In this document: positions 52,544-61,051 of the stretch, one piece after another | How the letters are laid out: each line of letters starts with the position of its first letter | How positions within the stretch are numbered: the stretch's first letter is position 1 | From: an uncultured Clostridia bacterium | Lineage (GTDB): Bacteria; Bacillota; Clostridia; Christensenellales; UBA1242 | NCBI GenBank assembly: GCA_944372355.1 | Contig: CALVYS010000001.1 | Coordinates: forward strand, 32,681-96,680 | Direction: 5' to 3' | DNA: 64,000 nt | Notes under the pieces: generated by a model | The model's input: the letters and a program-made list of their open reading frames with translations, nothing else | Database searches by the model: none | What the model was told of the DNA's origin: nothing | Position numbers and translations under genes: made by a program

Positions 52544-53701
52544 TTATTCATCTTTCACAAAGTCTCTAATAATTGGTTGCTTACGAACACCTTCCCATTT
52601 AAATCGTGTTGGTCTTTTTGAACAATATTTACAAAATGGGATTGCGTGGGATAATTTATCAATTAGCTCCCAACCGTTATTTGTAGTTGTAAGCTCATAA
52701 CAATCTCTTTTATTTACAATAAAATTGGTAGAAAATTTTTCATTTAATTTATAACATAAAAGGGGATAACAACATTTTGAAATAAGTCCATTGCGTACCA
52801 TCCAGCAAAACTTGCCATAACAATTTCCATATCCGGAATTTTTAATAGACTTTTTATTATTTAAAGTTAAACAAGTGTGGAATTCTTTAATGATGTCTTC
52901 ATTTGAATATTGTTTGTGTCCTTGTCCATAAAAATGCATAATTTTTTTATCGTTAAGATATTTTTCTATATTTGCGATATTTTTATATGTAGGTTCATAA
53001 ACAGTTATGTTTACAACAATGTTATTATCCTTTAGTGAATTGCATGTTTTTTCATTCATGCTTGGTATCAGCAAACCATTTGAAACTAGGAAGATTTTTG
53101 ATTTTGGGAATTTTTTTCTAACATAACAAATGTATCTATCTAGGTCGCTTGCAAGCAATGCTTCTCCGCCCATAAGTCTTATAATGGGAATATTATAATT
53201 TTTAGATAATAAATCGACATCTTTACAAAATTTTTCATAATCAGTTTCATTTTTTTCAAAAGTATTTGCAAAGTGTGTGCAGCCTTTACAGTTCAAATTA
53301 CATAAATCTGTAACGTGCATTTCAACATATTTCATTATTGGCTTTTCTTGTAGATTGTATATTTGGATGCATTCTTCTGATATCATTTTTCCGTTGAAAA
53401 GATTTGTTGATTCTTTAATCATTATATAAATTTTGTTATATCCTTCTTTAAACAAATCATAATAGAACTCATTTTTATATGGCATATCATCTAATATTAA
53501 TATTTCATCAAAAAGTTCTTTTTTTAACAATCTTGAACCAGCAATTTGATAAATTGGTAAGAGGTTGCCACTAGTTGATGATGACATGTTTGTTAATTTA
53601 CATGTAATAGAATAGTATTTATCTTGATTTATTTTTTTTATTATAGAATCTGCAAAACTATTTTCGCCAATTACGGCAATCCTTGTTCCTTTGTTAAACA
53701 T
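52544..53701 (-). CDS. radical SAM enzyme with an N-terminal ~135-aa extra domain and a Cys-rich C-terminal region
   Basis: The CNLNCKGC CX3CX2C motif follows VEMHVTDL. Additional C-terminal cysteines (CYGKFC, KCCYPLLC, FCKYC). Start chosen at the ATG at 53701 (GGAGGA SD), which overlaps the aminotransferase stop. Confidence 0.8.
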   Translation of the reverse strand: MFNKGTRIAVIGENSFADSIIKKINQDKYYSITCKLTNMSSSTSGNLLPIYQIAGSRLLKKELFDEILILDDMPYKNEFYYDLFKEGYNKIYIMIKESTNLFNGKMISEECIQIYNLQEKPIMKYVEMHVTDLCNLNCKGCTHFANTFEKNETDYEKFCKDVDLLSKNYNIPIIRLMGGEALLASDLDRYICYVRKKFPKSKIFLVSNGLLIPSMNEKTCNSLKDNNIVVNITVYEPTYKNIANIEKYLNDKKIMHFYGQGHKQYSNEDIIKEFHTCLTLNNKKSIKNSGYGNCYGKFCWMVRNGLISKCCYPLLCYKLNEKFSTNFIVNKRDCYELTTTNNGWELIDKLSHAIPFCKYCSKRPTRFKWEGVRKQPIIRDFVKDE

Positions 53702-55007
53702 TTGCAACAATCCTCCTTCCATACAAATAATCTTCAATAGATTTACATATAATATCAATTCCATGCTTAAATTCTTCTTCTGTTGTACAAATTGATGGCA
53801 TTAAGCATATTGCTTGACACATCTGGCTAACTATTAGTCCATTGTTCCTCAATCTTATATCAAAATCGGGAATATTTAAATCTGAATTTGTTTTAGGGTC
53901 AATTAATTCAATAGCTATCATCAAGCCAATTATTCTTATTTCTCCTATATATTCTTTATTTTTAAGATCTGAAAGAATATTTTTAAATACTTCTTCTTTT
54001 TGGTGAACAACATCTAATAGATTTTCATTTTTGATTATATTCAAAGTAACACTTCCACAAGTACAAGCTATAGGATGCCCACTATTCGTAAATCCATGTC
54101 TAAATTGACGATCTCTACGTTGCGATAAAAAAGTTTTGTAAATTTTTTCGGTTACTATGACACCTGCAAGTGGCTGAACTCCGTTTGAAATACCTTTACC
54201 GAACAAAATCATATCTGGATATATATTGTATTTCTGACATGCAAACATAAAACCAGTTCTGCCTGTTCCGCACGATATTTCATCGAAAATCACTATTATA
54301 TTGTTTTTATGACATAAATCAACAACCCCTTGTAACCATTTATTATCTGGTATTATAATACCACCAACTCCCATTATGGGCTCTAATATCAAAGCGCAAA
54401 TATTTTCGGCACCATAAAAATTTATTTGGTATTCAAGATCTTTTAGGCAAGCATAATGACATACACTTTTACTTAAACCCATTCGACATTTATAACAATA
54501 TTGAGGATAAATTTTTAAAGTGTCTTTTAATAGTGGATCAAATGGTATTCTGTCCCAAGGATCCCCAGATGCACTCATGGCACCCAATGTAGAACCATGA
54601 TAACTTTCATATAATGATATAACTCTTCTTTTATTACCTTTGTTCTTTGAATAAAAATGACCTCTTGCAAGTTTAATAGATGTTTCTACCGCTTCTGCTC
54701 CGCCAGATGTAAAAAATACATGTTTAAAATCATTTGGCAAATATCTCAGCAATTGATCTGCAAGTAGTTCTCCAGCTGAATGTTGAAATCTTATATTTGG
54801 GATATATTCAAATTGAGAAAGTTGTTTATTTATTTCTATTGCATATTCTTTTCTCCCATACCCTAAAATAGTATTCCAGGTTCCAGAATTTAAATCCAGG
54901 TACTCTTTACCATCCTCATCTATTATTTTATTTCCAAAAGCTTTTATAATTTTTTTTCTTTCAAAATACATTTGTGTTTCCGATGTCCAAAATTGTTTTG
55001 TGTCCAT
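53694..55007 (-). CDS. class-III (BioA-like) PLP aminotransferase
   Basis: SGGAEAVETSIKLAR, DEISCGTGRTG and the FGKGISNG Lys motif. Termini resemble BioA-type enzymes (FWTSETQM..., ...LMPSICTTEEEF). Confidence 0.85.
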   Translation of the reverse strand: MDTKQFWTSETQMYFERKKIIKAFGNKIIDEDGKEYLDLNSGTWNTILGYGRKEYAIEINKQLSQFEYIPNIRFQHSAGELLADQLLRYLPNDFKHVFFTSGGAEAVETSIKLARGHFYSKNKGNKRRVISLYESYHGSTLGAMSASGDPWDRIPFDPLLKDTLKIYPQYCYKCRMGLSKSVCHYACLKDLEYQINFYGAENICALILEPIMGVGGIIIPDNKWLQGVVDLCHKNNIIVIFDEISCGTGRTGFMFACQKYNIYPDMILFGKGISNGVQPLAGVIVTEKIYKTFLSQRRDRQFRHGFTNSGHPIACTCGSVTLNIIKNENLLDVVHQKEEVFKNILSDLKNKEYIGEIRIIGLMIAIELIDPKTNSDLNIPDFDIRLRNNGLIVSQMCQAICLMPSICTTEEEFKHGIDIICKSIEDYLYGRRIVANV

Positions 55008-55009
55008 AT

Positions 55010-55939
55010 TTATCCCCCATATTTTTTATCGTTTTTTAACATTTTTTTTAATATTGTTTTTCTGTTAATCCATATAAAATTTAATTTAAGTTTTAAGTTA
55101 AAAGAATGAGAGAGCTTTAAATATTCATTTTTAGCCTTATATGCCAAATCATCTTTATAAAGCCGAAGCAAGTCTAAAATTCGATTCTTATAATAATTGT
55201 ATTTTACCAGTTCTTTTTCCTTATTAGTTAATAAATTAAAATATCGTTGACACATTTCATAATAAATTTCATCAGCAATTAAGTTTTTTTCTGTTATGCC
55301 GGTTATTCCACTATTTTTATCATGTGCGTAATAAGTGACTAAATCTTCTTTTATTACGCCAATTTTATATCCGTTTGCAAGAAGCTTCAATAACACAACG
55401 CCATCTTGATGAGAATGGATAGATTCAAAACCTCCAATTTTAAGTAGTATGGATTTTTTGAGCATCCAAAAAGATGTCCCCGCAATGTTAAAACACATTT
55501 GAATGGCTAAAGGATTTCCTTCATGACTGGTATTTTCCATTTCTTTTTGACCATTTGGATAAATAATAGTCCCATAACAATACACTAATGATATTGAATT
55601 GTTTTCGTTTAAATAAGAAATTTGTTTTTCAATTTTGTTCGGTTTAAATTCATCATCATCGTCAAGAAAAGCAACAAATTCTGCAGAAGCGTGTTTAACC
55701 CCGACATTTCTAGCTTGTGCTCCACCTAGATGCAAACTTTTAGTAATAAATTTTACATCTGGATATTCGCAATCTATTTTTTCTTTTATTTTATTCCTAA
55801 AAGAAAGATCCTCATAATTATCATCAACAACGATAATCTCTATGTTTTTGTAGGATTGATTTTTAACACTATCTATAGCTCTAAAAAGGGTGTCAAATCT
55901 TTGATATGTGGGGATTATTACACTAACTTTATCCATCAT
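55010..55939 (-). CDS. family-2 glycosyltransferase
   Basis: VSVIIPTYQRFDTLFRAIDSVKNQSYKNIEIIVVDD...FLDDDDE. Confidence 0.85.
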   Translation of the reverse strand: MMDKVSVIIPTYQRFDTLFRAIDSVKNQSYKNIEIIVVDDNYEDLSFRNKIKEKIDCEYPDVKFITKSLHLGGAQARNVGVKHASAEFVAFLDDDDEFKPNKIEKQISYLNENNSISLVYCYGTIIYPNGQKEMENTSHEGNPLAIQMCFNIAGTSFWMLKKSILLKIGGFESIHSHQDGVVLLKLLANGYKIGVIKEDLVTYYAHDKNSGITGITEKNLIADEIYYEMCQRYFNLLTNKEKELVKYNYYKNRILDLLRLYKDDLAYKAKNEYLKLSHSFNLKLKLNFIWINRKTILKKMLKNDKKYGG

Positions 55940-55942
55940 TTA

Positions 55943-56803
55943 TTATCCTTTAAAATTTTTTAATGAGTTTATTTTATTTTTTAAAAACGGATTCAAAAGT
56001 TTTATCTTATAATCTTGTAATCCGTAACAAAATGAAAAATTTAATTTTTTTCTGTTACAATAATTTATAATTTTTACATAGTTATAAATCCCAAGAGATA
56101 AAGATTTATAATATTTGTCCCACCAAAAAATGCAGTAATATAATGTATTCGTTTCTTTGCTTTCATAGACAATACCCTCTGCAATAGATATACCTTGTGA
56201 ATTTATTAAGCTAATTGTATGAAAATTATCGGTACTGTAAAAGTAATTATATGCAGCTATTGCATCTTTGGAAAAATTTTTGTTAAATTTTTCATTACAG
56301 TATTTATTCCAATGTTTTAAAACATTTGGAACGGTAACATTATCAACTTTTAAGCTTATTAAACAATCGTTGCGCCTTATCAAATAACTGTATTTTTTTT
56401 GAAATTTCAAATAATTAAAATCCTCATTAACGGAACACGCTATAAAATCTCCATATGTGGCTAAATTTATAAGATGCCCACTTGCTGCATAATCCAAGTG
56501 ACTTAATAATAATTTTATAAAACTTTTTTCATAATTTAATGGGAAGTGATATGAAAAAGTTATTTCATATTGATTTCCAAACTTATCTGTTAACTTTTTA
56601 ATGTTAAAAGAAATTGCCAATAAAACAATACATTCACTTTTGTTAAACTTATCTTTAATTTTGTCTATTTCTAAAGTATCAATATGTTTTGTTTTTTCTT
56701 GTAGCAAGTCAACAACATCAATATTTTTGTTAATTTTTTTGCCATTGATAAAAATGTCTTCATCAATTACTTGAATCTTTAAGCCCTTACTGCTCAAAAA
56801 CAT
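55943..56803 (-). CDS. hypothetical, C-terminal half resembles CelD/BioF2/FemAB-like GNAT acyltransferases
   Basis: ...GISIAEGIVYE...SLSLGIYNYVKIINYC...FSFCYGLQDYKIKL matches the fDfg.G...YK end motif of Acetyltransf_6-type proteins (from memory). Start chosen at the ATG at 56803 (GAGGTG SD). Confidence 0.5.
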   Translation of the reverse strand: MFLSSKGLKIQVIDEDIFINGKKINKNIDVVDLLQEKTKHIDTLEIDKIKDKFNKSECIVLLAISFNIKKLTDKFGNQYEITFSYHFPLNYEKSFIKLLLSHLDYAASGHLINLATYGDFIACSVNEDFNYLKFQKKYSYLIRRNDCLISLKVDNVTVPNVLKHWNKYCNEKFNKNFSKDAIAAYNYFYSTDNFHTISLINSQGISIAEGIVYESKETNTLYYCIFWWDKYYKSLSLGIYNYVKIINYCNRKKLNFSFCYGLQDYKIKLLNPFLKNKINSLKNFKG

Positions 56804-57572
56804 TTTTTGCACCTCTAAATAACCAAACTCTAACAGTATGTTCGGGAGCATATTTATATGTTAAGTCTTCTAATTGTTGTAAACGCTGAATTTCATTTTT
56901 CCACAAAATATGTAGCTGAGAACGATAAAATTTAATTGCATTGAGTTTTATGTGCCAATTTTTTTCTGAAACTTTTATCAAATTGAATTCCATATCTTGC
57001 CCCCAATTTGATTTCTTTCTAGATTTATAATAATAGCATACATAGGGCACGTCTTCATAGAAATAGATTGGTTTTTTTATTATTTTTGATGCCATCACAG
57101 CGGCCCTATGGAGAATTGTATGGTCTGCATGTGAACCTAATCCCATGGGCGCAAAAATAATATCAGCATCTGCAACTTCAATCTCTATACGCTTACTTAT
57201 ATCCTTGGTCAATTCATTGTCTTCATTCTTCAAGTGATAAATTTCTTTCAAATTAGGGTATAAAATCGCGCCTTTATTGTTTTTTCTATATAGGCATTCA
57301 TAATAACCTAGATGTTTATACTTGCAATTTAACCAGTTGAGAGCTGCAATGTCTTCATTTGACCTAAAGTCCATTGATTTATGGTCAAGAAAACAATTGC
57401 TATGAAATTGTTTTGCTGCCGCTGAGAGGTCTTTTTCGTCTGGGCATCCCGTAAAAAATGTGATCACACATACATCATCGCCTTGCTCGGTAAACTTATC
57501 AATTAATTCTCCACATGACAACACACAATCATCAAAATGAGGCCCTAAAAAGACTATTTTCTTCATAATCAT
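56787..57572 (-). CDS. PIG-L/LmbE-family N-acetylglucosaminyl deacetylase
   Basis: FLGPHFDDCVLSCGE and HADH metal-binding motifs. ATGA overlap with the GT4 stop. Confidence 0.8.
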   Translation of the reverse strand: MIMKKIVFLGPHFDDCVLSCGELIDKFTEQGDDVCVITFFTGCPDEKDLSAAAKQFHSNCFLDHKSMDFRSNEDIAALNWLNCKYKHLGYYECLYRKNNKGAILYPNLKEIYHLKNEDNELTKDISKRIEIEVADADIIFAPMGLGSHADHTILHRAAVMASKIIKKPIYFYEDVPYVCYYYKSRKKSNWGQDMEFNLIKVSEKNWHIKLNAIKFYRSQLHILWKNEIQRLQQLEDLTYKYAPEHTVRVWLFRGAKNVFEQ

Positions 57573-58756
57573 CTCCTGATAATCTGTTGATAGACTTTAT
57601 CAATTTTATTCTTCATATCTACTATATTAAATTTTTCTTTAATAGTTTTTTTTGCATTTTGAGAGATCTCTTTTAATTTTGAATCATTGCTAATTAATTC
57701 GATTACTACTTTGGACATAGTCTCATAGTCTCCCTTGTTTACTAATATCCCGTTTGATCCATCTATTATTTCGTGAAGGCCACCTACATTTGTGGCTATT
57801 ACAGGAATTCCTGCCGCCATGGCTTCTAAAACGCACCTTGGAGTGCCTTCGGTATCAGAGGTTAGCAATAACATATCAATAGAGGAATAAATAATATCAA
57901 CAGGATCTATAACTCCAATAAAGTTAATTTTATTTTGCAAGCGCTTGTTCTTTACTAATGTTTGCAGGATAGGCAACTCATCTCCACTTCCCACTACAAT
58001 AAAGTTTAAATTAGATTTACTTTTTAAAATATTCTCACAACATGTTATAAATCCATCAACTCTTTTTTCTGGTGCCAAACGTCCAATATATGCTATCGTT
58101 TTGTAATTATTGTTAATATTGTGTTCATGCTTAAATTCTTTTACATCTTTTAATTGGTAATGTTCTGGAGTTTTAACACCATTTTTAATATTAAATAAAA
58201 GTTTTTTACGATATTTCTTTTTCGCCTCTAATCTTTTTAAATCTTTTTCACAAACAGTTATTAAGGATTGAGCAACAGCGTATGATGCAAAATCCAGCAT
58301 TGTATAAAATTTATCTTTTATGTTATTTTCAATCCAGCCATGGCATGTCATAACCGTTGGAATTTTTCCGTATGTATGTACATATTTCTTTTTTAATGCA
58401 TAGGTTAGATAATTCGCATTGTATTGGTGACTATGAATAACTTTTATATGATTTAAAAAAGAAATTTTGCCCAATGATTTTAATATTCTACTGATGTTCT
58501 TTTCACGAACGCAACTTATATAGCCTATGTTATTCATTTGTAATTTCTCTTCATACTCTGGATTTCTACAAAATAAAACCACAGGTTTTAATCCCGGTGT
58601 CTCCCTTTGAACAATTGATAGGTGCAAAACATGTGTGTCAGAACCTCCAATTCTTCCTGCTGGTTGTGGGACGATTACTTGTAACACCAAATCTTGATTT
58701 TCGTAATCGTCAGGAATATTTATTTTCAAGTTATCAATATTGTATATCATATTCAC
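57569..58756 (-). CDS. GT-B fold family-4 glycosyltransferase
   Basis: C-terminal EGTPRCVLEAMAAGIPVIATNVGGLHEII signature. Confidence 0.9.
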   Translation of the reverse strand: MNMIYNIDNLKINIPDDYENQDLVLQVIVPQPAGRIGGSDTHVLHLSIVQRETPGLKPVVLFCRNPEYEEKLQMNNIGYISCVREKNISRILKSLGKISFLNHIKVIHSHQYNANYLTYALKKKYVHTYGKIPTVMTCHGWIENNIKDKFYTMLDFASYAVAQSLITVCEKDLKRLEAKKKYRKKLLFNIKNGVKTPEHYQLKDVKEFKHEHNINNNYKTIAYIGRLAPEKRVDGFITCCENILKSKSNLNFIVVGSGDELPILQTLVKNKRLQNKINFIGVIDPVDIIYSSIDMLLLTSDTEGTPRCVLEAMAAGIPVIATNVGGLHEIIDGSNGILVNKGDYETMSKVVIELISNDSKLKEISQNAKKTIKEKFNIVDMKNKIDKVYQQIIRR

Positions 58757-59733
58757 CTCATATTATTAATAATTTCTTCTAACACGGTTTTATTGTTTAT
58801 CTTAATTGCTTTATTTAATAATTTTGTGGCAGTAATATAATCTTTACCGTACGCAATGCTAATTGCTTCTTTTAAAAAGAATTTAGCACGATTATTTTTT
58901 ATAATAGCATTGTTGACATTTGGGAACCTTTTGAAATAAACCTTTTCTGCCTTTTTAAAACCATTCACATCGGTTTTGGCCTTTAATTTGTAAAAATTTT
59001 TAATCTTGGCTCGTGAGGAACTATCTGTATTAATTTTGATTCGATATAAAGTTTCGCATCCTTTTAAGAAGACAAATTTTCCACTATGTGCTCCATACCT
59101 CAACCAGGTGTGGGAGTCTTCGGAAACTCGTTTAATTGGAAATTTTTCCATATATGCTAAGGATGTTTTTACTGAAGTGGCAGAAGTTAAATTAGTATAG
59201 TTTTTTTTCAGCGCTATTTTTAACCATGAATTTTCTCCTTCAACAATGTCTGATTTGTGTCCATCCAATATTTCCTTGATAGAATCGCATAAATTTTTTT
59301 CTGGCACGAGATTATCAAACTCATCTATTACTTTAAACGAAGAATAAACTACATTGACTTTAGGGTCGTCGAAAATTTTCCTTGTTTCCCTTAATCTATC
59401 TTTATTAGAGATGTCGTCTGAATCATTGTACAATATAAATGGGCACCTAAGCTTATAAGCCATTTCTATACCAATATTCCTTGAAAAACCTGGTCCTTTA
59501 TTCTTTTTATTTGATAATACAATAACCCGGGAATCTTTTAAAGCGATTTTATCAAGATAATGTTTTATGGATTTATCTTTTGAGCAATCATCAATAATTA
59601 TCAATATTAAATTTTTATCGCTTTGATTTAAGATGGATTTTATACTTTTTTCTAAAACTGGCCGAAAATCATTCATATTATCTGTAAAAACTGGCATTAT
59701 AAATGCGGCTGTTTTATCGTTTATCATTTTCAT
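58753..59733 (-). CDS. family-2 glycosyltransferase
   Basis: AAFIMPVFTDN...LILIIIDDCSKD...YNDSDD. Start chosen at the ATG at 59733 after GGAGA. Confidence 0.8.
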   Translation of the reverse strand: MKMINDKTAAFIMPVFTDNMNDFRPVLEKSIKSILNQSDKNLILIIIDDCSKDKSIKHYLDKIALKDSRVIVLSNKKNKGPGFSRNIGIEMAYKLRCPFILYNDSDDISNKDRLRETRKIFDDPKVNVVYSSFKVIDEFDNLVPEKNLCDSIKEILDGHKSDIVEGENSWLKIALKKNYTNLTSATSVKTSLAYMEKFPIKRVSEDSHTWLRYGAHSGKFVFLKGCETLYRIKINTDSSSRAKIKNFYKLKAKTDVNGFKKAEKVYFKRFPNVNNAIIKNNRAKFFLKEAISIAYGKDYITATKLLNKAIKINNKTVLEEIINNMR

Positions 59734-60564
59734 CTTTATCTCCATTATGTTTACTTGAAATAGAATATCATATTTTACTTTACTTTGCAAGAATGTATAA
59801 GATTTTTATTTTCAACTTATTAGTTGAATTTAGCTGATTTTATGACTAATTAACTTACAAAAGTTTGTGATATTATGGATATATAAATGAAGAAAAGTTG
59901 AGATAGATGCGATTTGAAGAGGAAAAAGATATATTTTGAAATGAAAAGGCAAAGAAAAAAAACATCTTTCAAAGAACCAAAAAGGAGTATTTGCTAAAAG
60001 TTGCAACATAAATATATTTGACTAATCTTGGAACAAATAGCTTAGAAAAATTTTGTAAAAGAATAATCTAAACAATACTACAGCCGGCGTCTATTCAATT
60101 TGTATTATGTAGCCAAATACAAAAGTGCAAATGCAATAAGTAATCCTCTTATAAAAATGATTGAGCATGTAACAGAATCATTTGAGAGAAAGCAGCAAAA
60201 TGTGAAGAATTGGAACTTGGTGAAGAAGAAAATCTTTGCGATGAAATTATTGAACTTGAACGAAAGCTTGGAGAAAAAAAAGTAAAGAACAAGGACGAAG
60301 AAAGCGCAGGTAAAAATATTTTGAAATGTAAAAAGCACTAGAGGCGCTTTGCTATAAAACACACTAAAAACAAGGTTGCTTGCAAAAATCTGATACTTTT
60401 GAGAAAAAAATGATGAATTTTTAAGTACTTGAATCGAGCCACTAAATTATCATTTGTAGTTCGATTTTTTGTTTTTAATTGAAAATTTCTAGGAATGTGG
60501 AGGTCGCAAATACAGCAAATATTGTAACATGCGATGGCGGCATCTAGCCTCTATAAAGGTTTTA

Positions 60565-60639
60565 TGGTGCTCCCGTCAGGGCTCGAACCCGAACTAATGG
60601 TTCCGAAGACCATTGTGCTATCCATTACACCACGAGAGC
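60565..60639 (-). tRNA. tRNA-Arg (anticodon UCG), CCA encoded
   Basis: Hand-folded. Acceptor GCTCTCG/CGGGAGC, D arm GTGT-AATGGATA-GCAC, anticodon arm ATGGT-CTTCGGA-ACCAT, T arm TCGGG-TTCGAGC-CCTGA. Confidence 0.9.
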
Positions 60640-60726
60640 AGGAGCTATAAAGTTTTAAATTAGTGTTTGCAATAATTTCTGAGGAACAATTAGTTCCTTA
60701 GGGGCCCTTAAAATCTAAAAGATTTT

Positions 60727-60891
60727 GGGGAGCGGAGCATGGCAACGAGAGCGTAGCCAGCGAGCTGGCGAGCGTGAAAGTTGCCAAATGCGAGCAGGTT
60801 CCGAAGACCATTGTGCATTAGGAGCACTCACTCGCTTGCGATGGTGGGTGTGACGACGCCGCATCGCAGATCCGTTTTCACCACGAGAGCA
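60727..60891 (-). ncRNA. candidate structured element built around exact tRNA-Arg fragments (function unknown; could be a decayed or rearranged tRNA/att scar)
   Basis: GC-rich island in AT-rich spacer. It contains exact copies of tRNA-Arg nt 1-12 (60879-60891) and the D-3'/anticodon arm (60797-60816). These are separated by a 62-nt hairpin-forming insert and followed by a 70-nt segment with nested stems (GGCAAC/GTTGCC, GCCAG/CTGGC). Confidence 0.3.
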
Positions 60892-61051
60892 AAAGTGTTG
60901 AGTGATCCTACCAGTTATATTACACCAATTAAATAAATTTTGCAAATAGAAATTTGTATATCAAAAAATTGTTCCAATATGACAAAAAATATTATAAATG
61001 TTTTTATAAATCATATTTTTGTGATAAAATATAACTATATTTGGAGGAAAA

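Larger units (their letters stand above)
47690..59800. other. AT-rich sugar-modification island (probable horizontally acquired segment)
   Basis: There is an abrupt, visible drop in GC and a change of codon style (AAA/AAT/ATA-rich) right after the 47650-47686 terminator. The island holds 11 soluble-enzyme genes in two convergent operons and ends near tRNA-Arg. Confidence 0.6.

Noticed and set aside
60100-60362. 61-aa and 85-aa ORFs, plus an ATG-less Glu/Lys-rich frame (…CEELELGEEENLCDEIIELERKLGEKK…), in the spacer between the island and tRNA-Arg
   Set aside because: They have no SD or credible start, and purine-rich AT DNA readily yields such frames. They could be gene debris but cannot be supported.
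60715-60945. 76-aa Arg/His-rich ORF over the GC-rich tRNA-Arg-derived segment
   Set aside because: The product (…RRRHTHHRKRV…RWLRSRC…) is what a GC-rich structured RNA region gives when translated. It has no SD and contains tRNA fragments.
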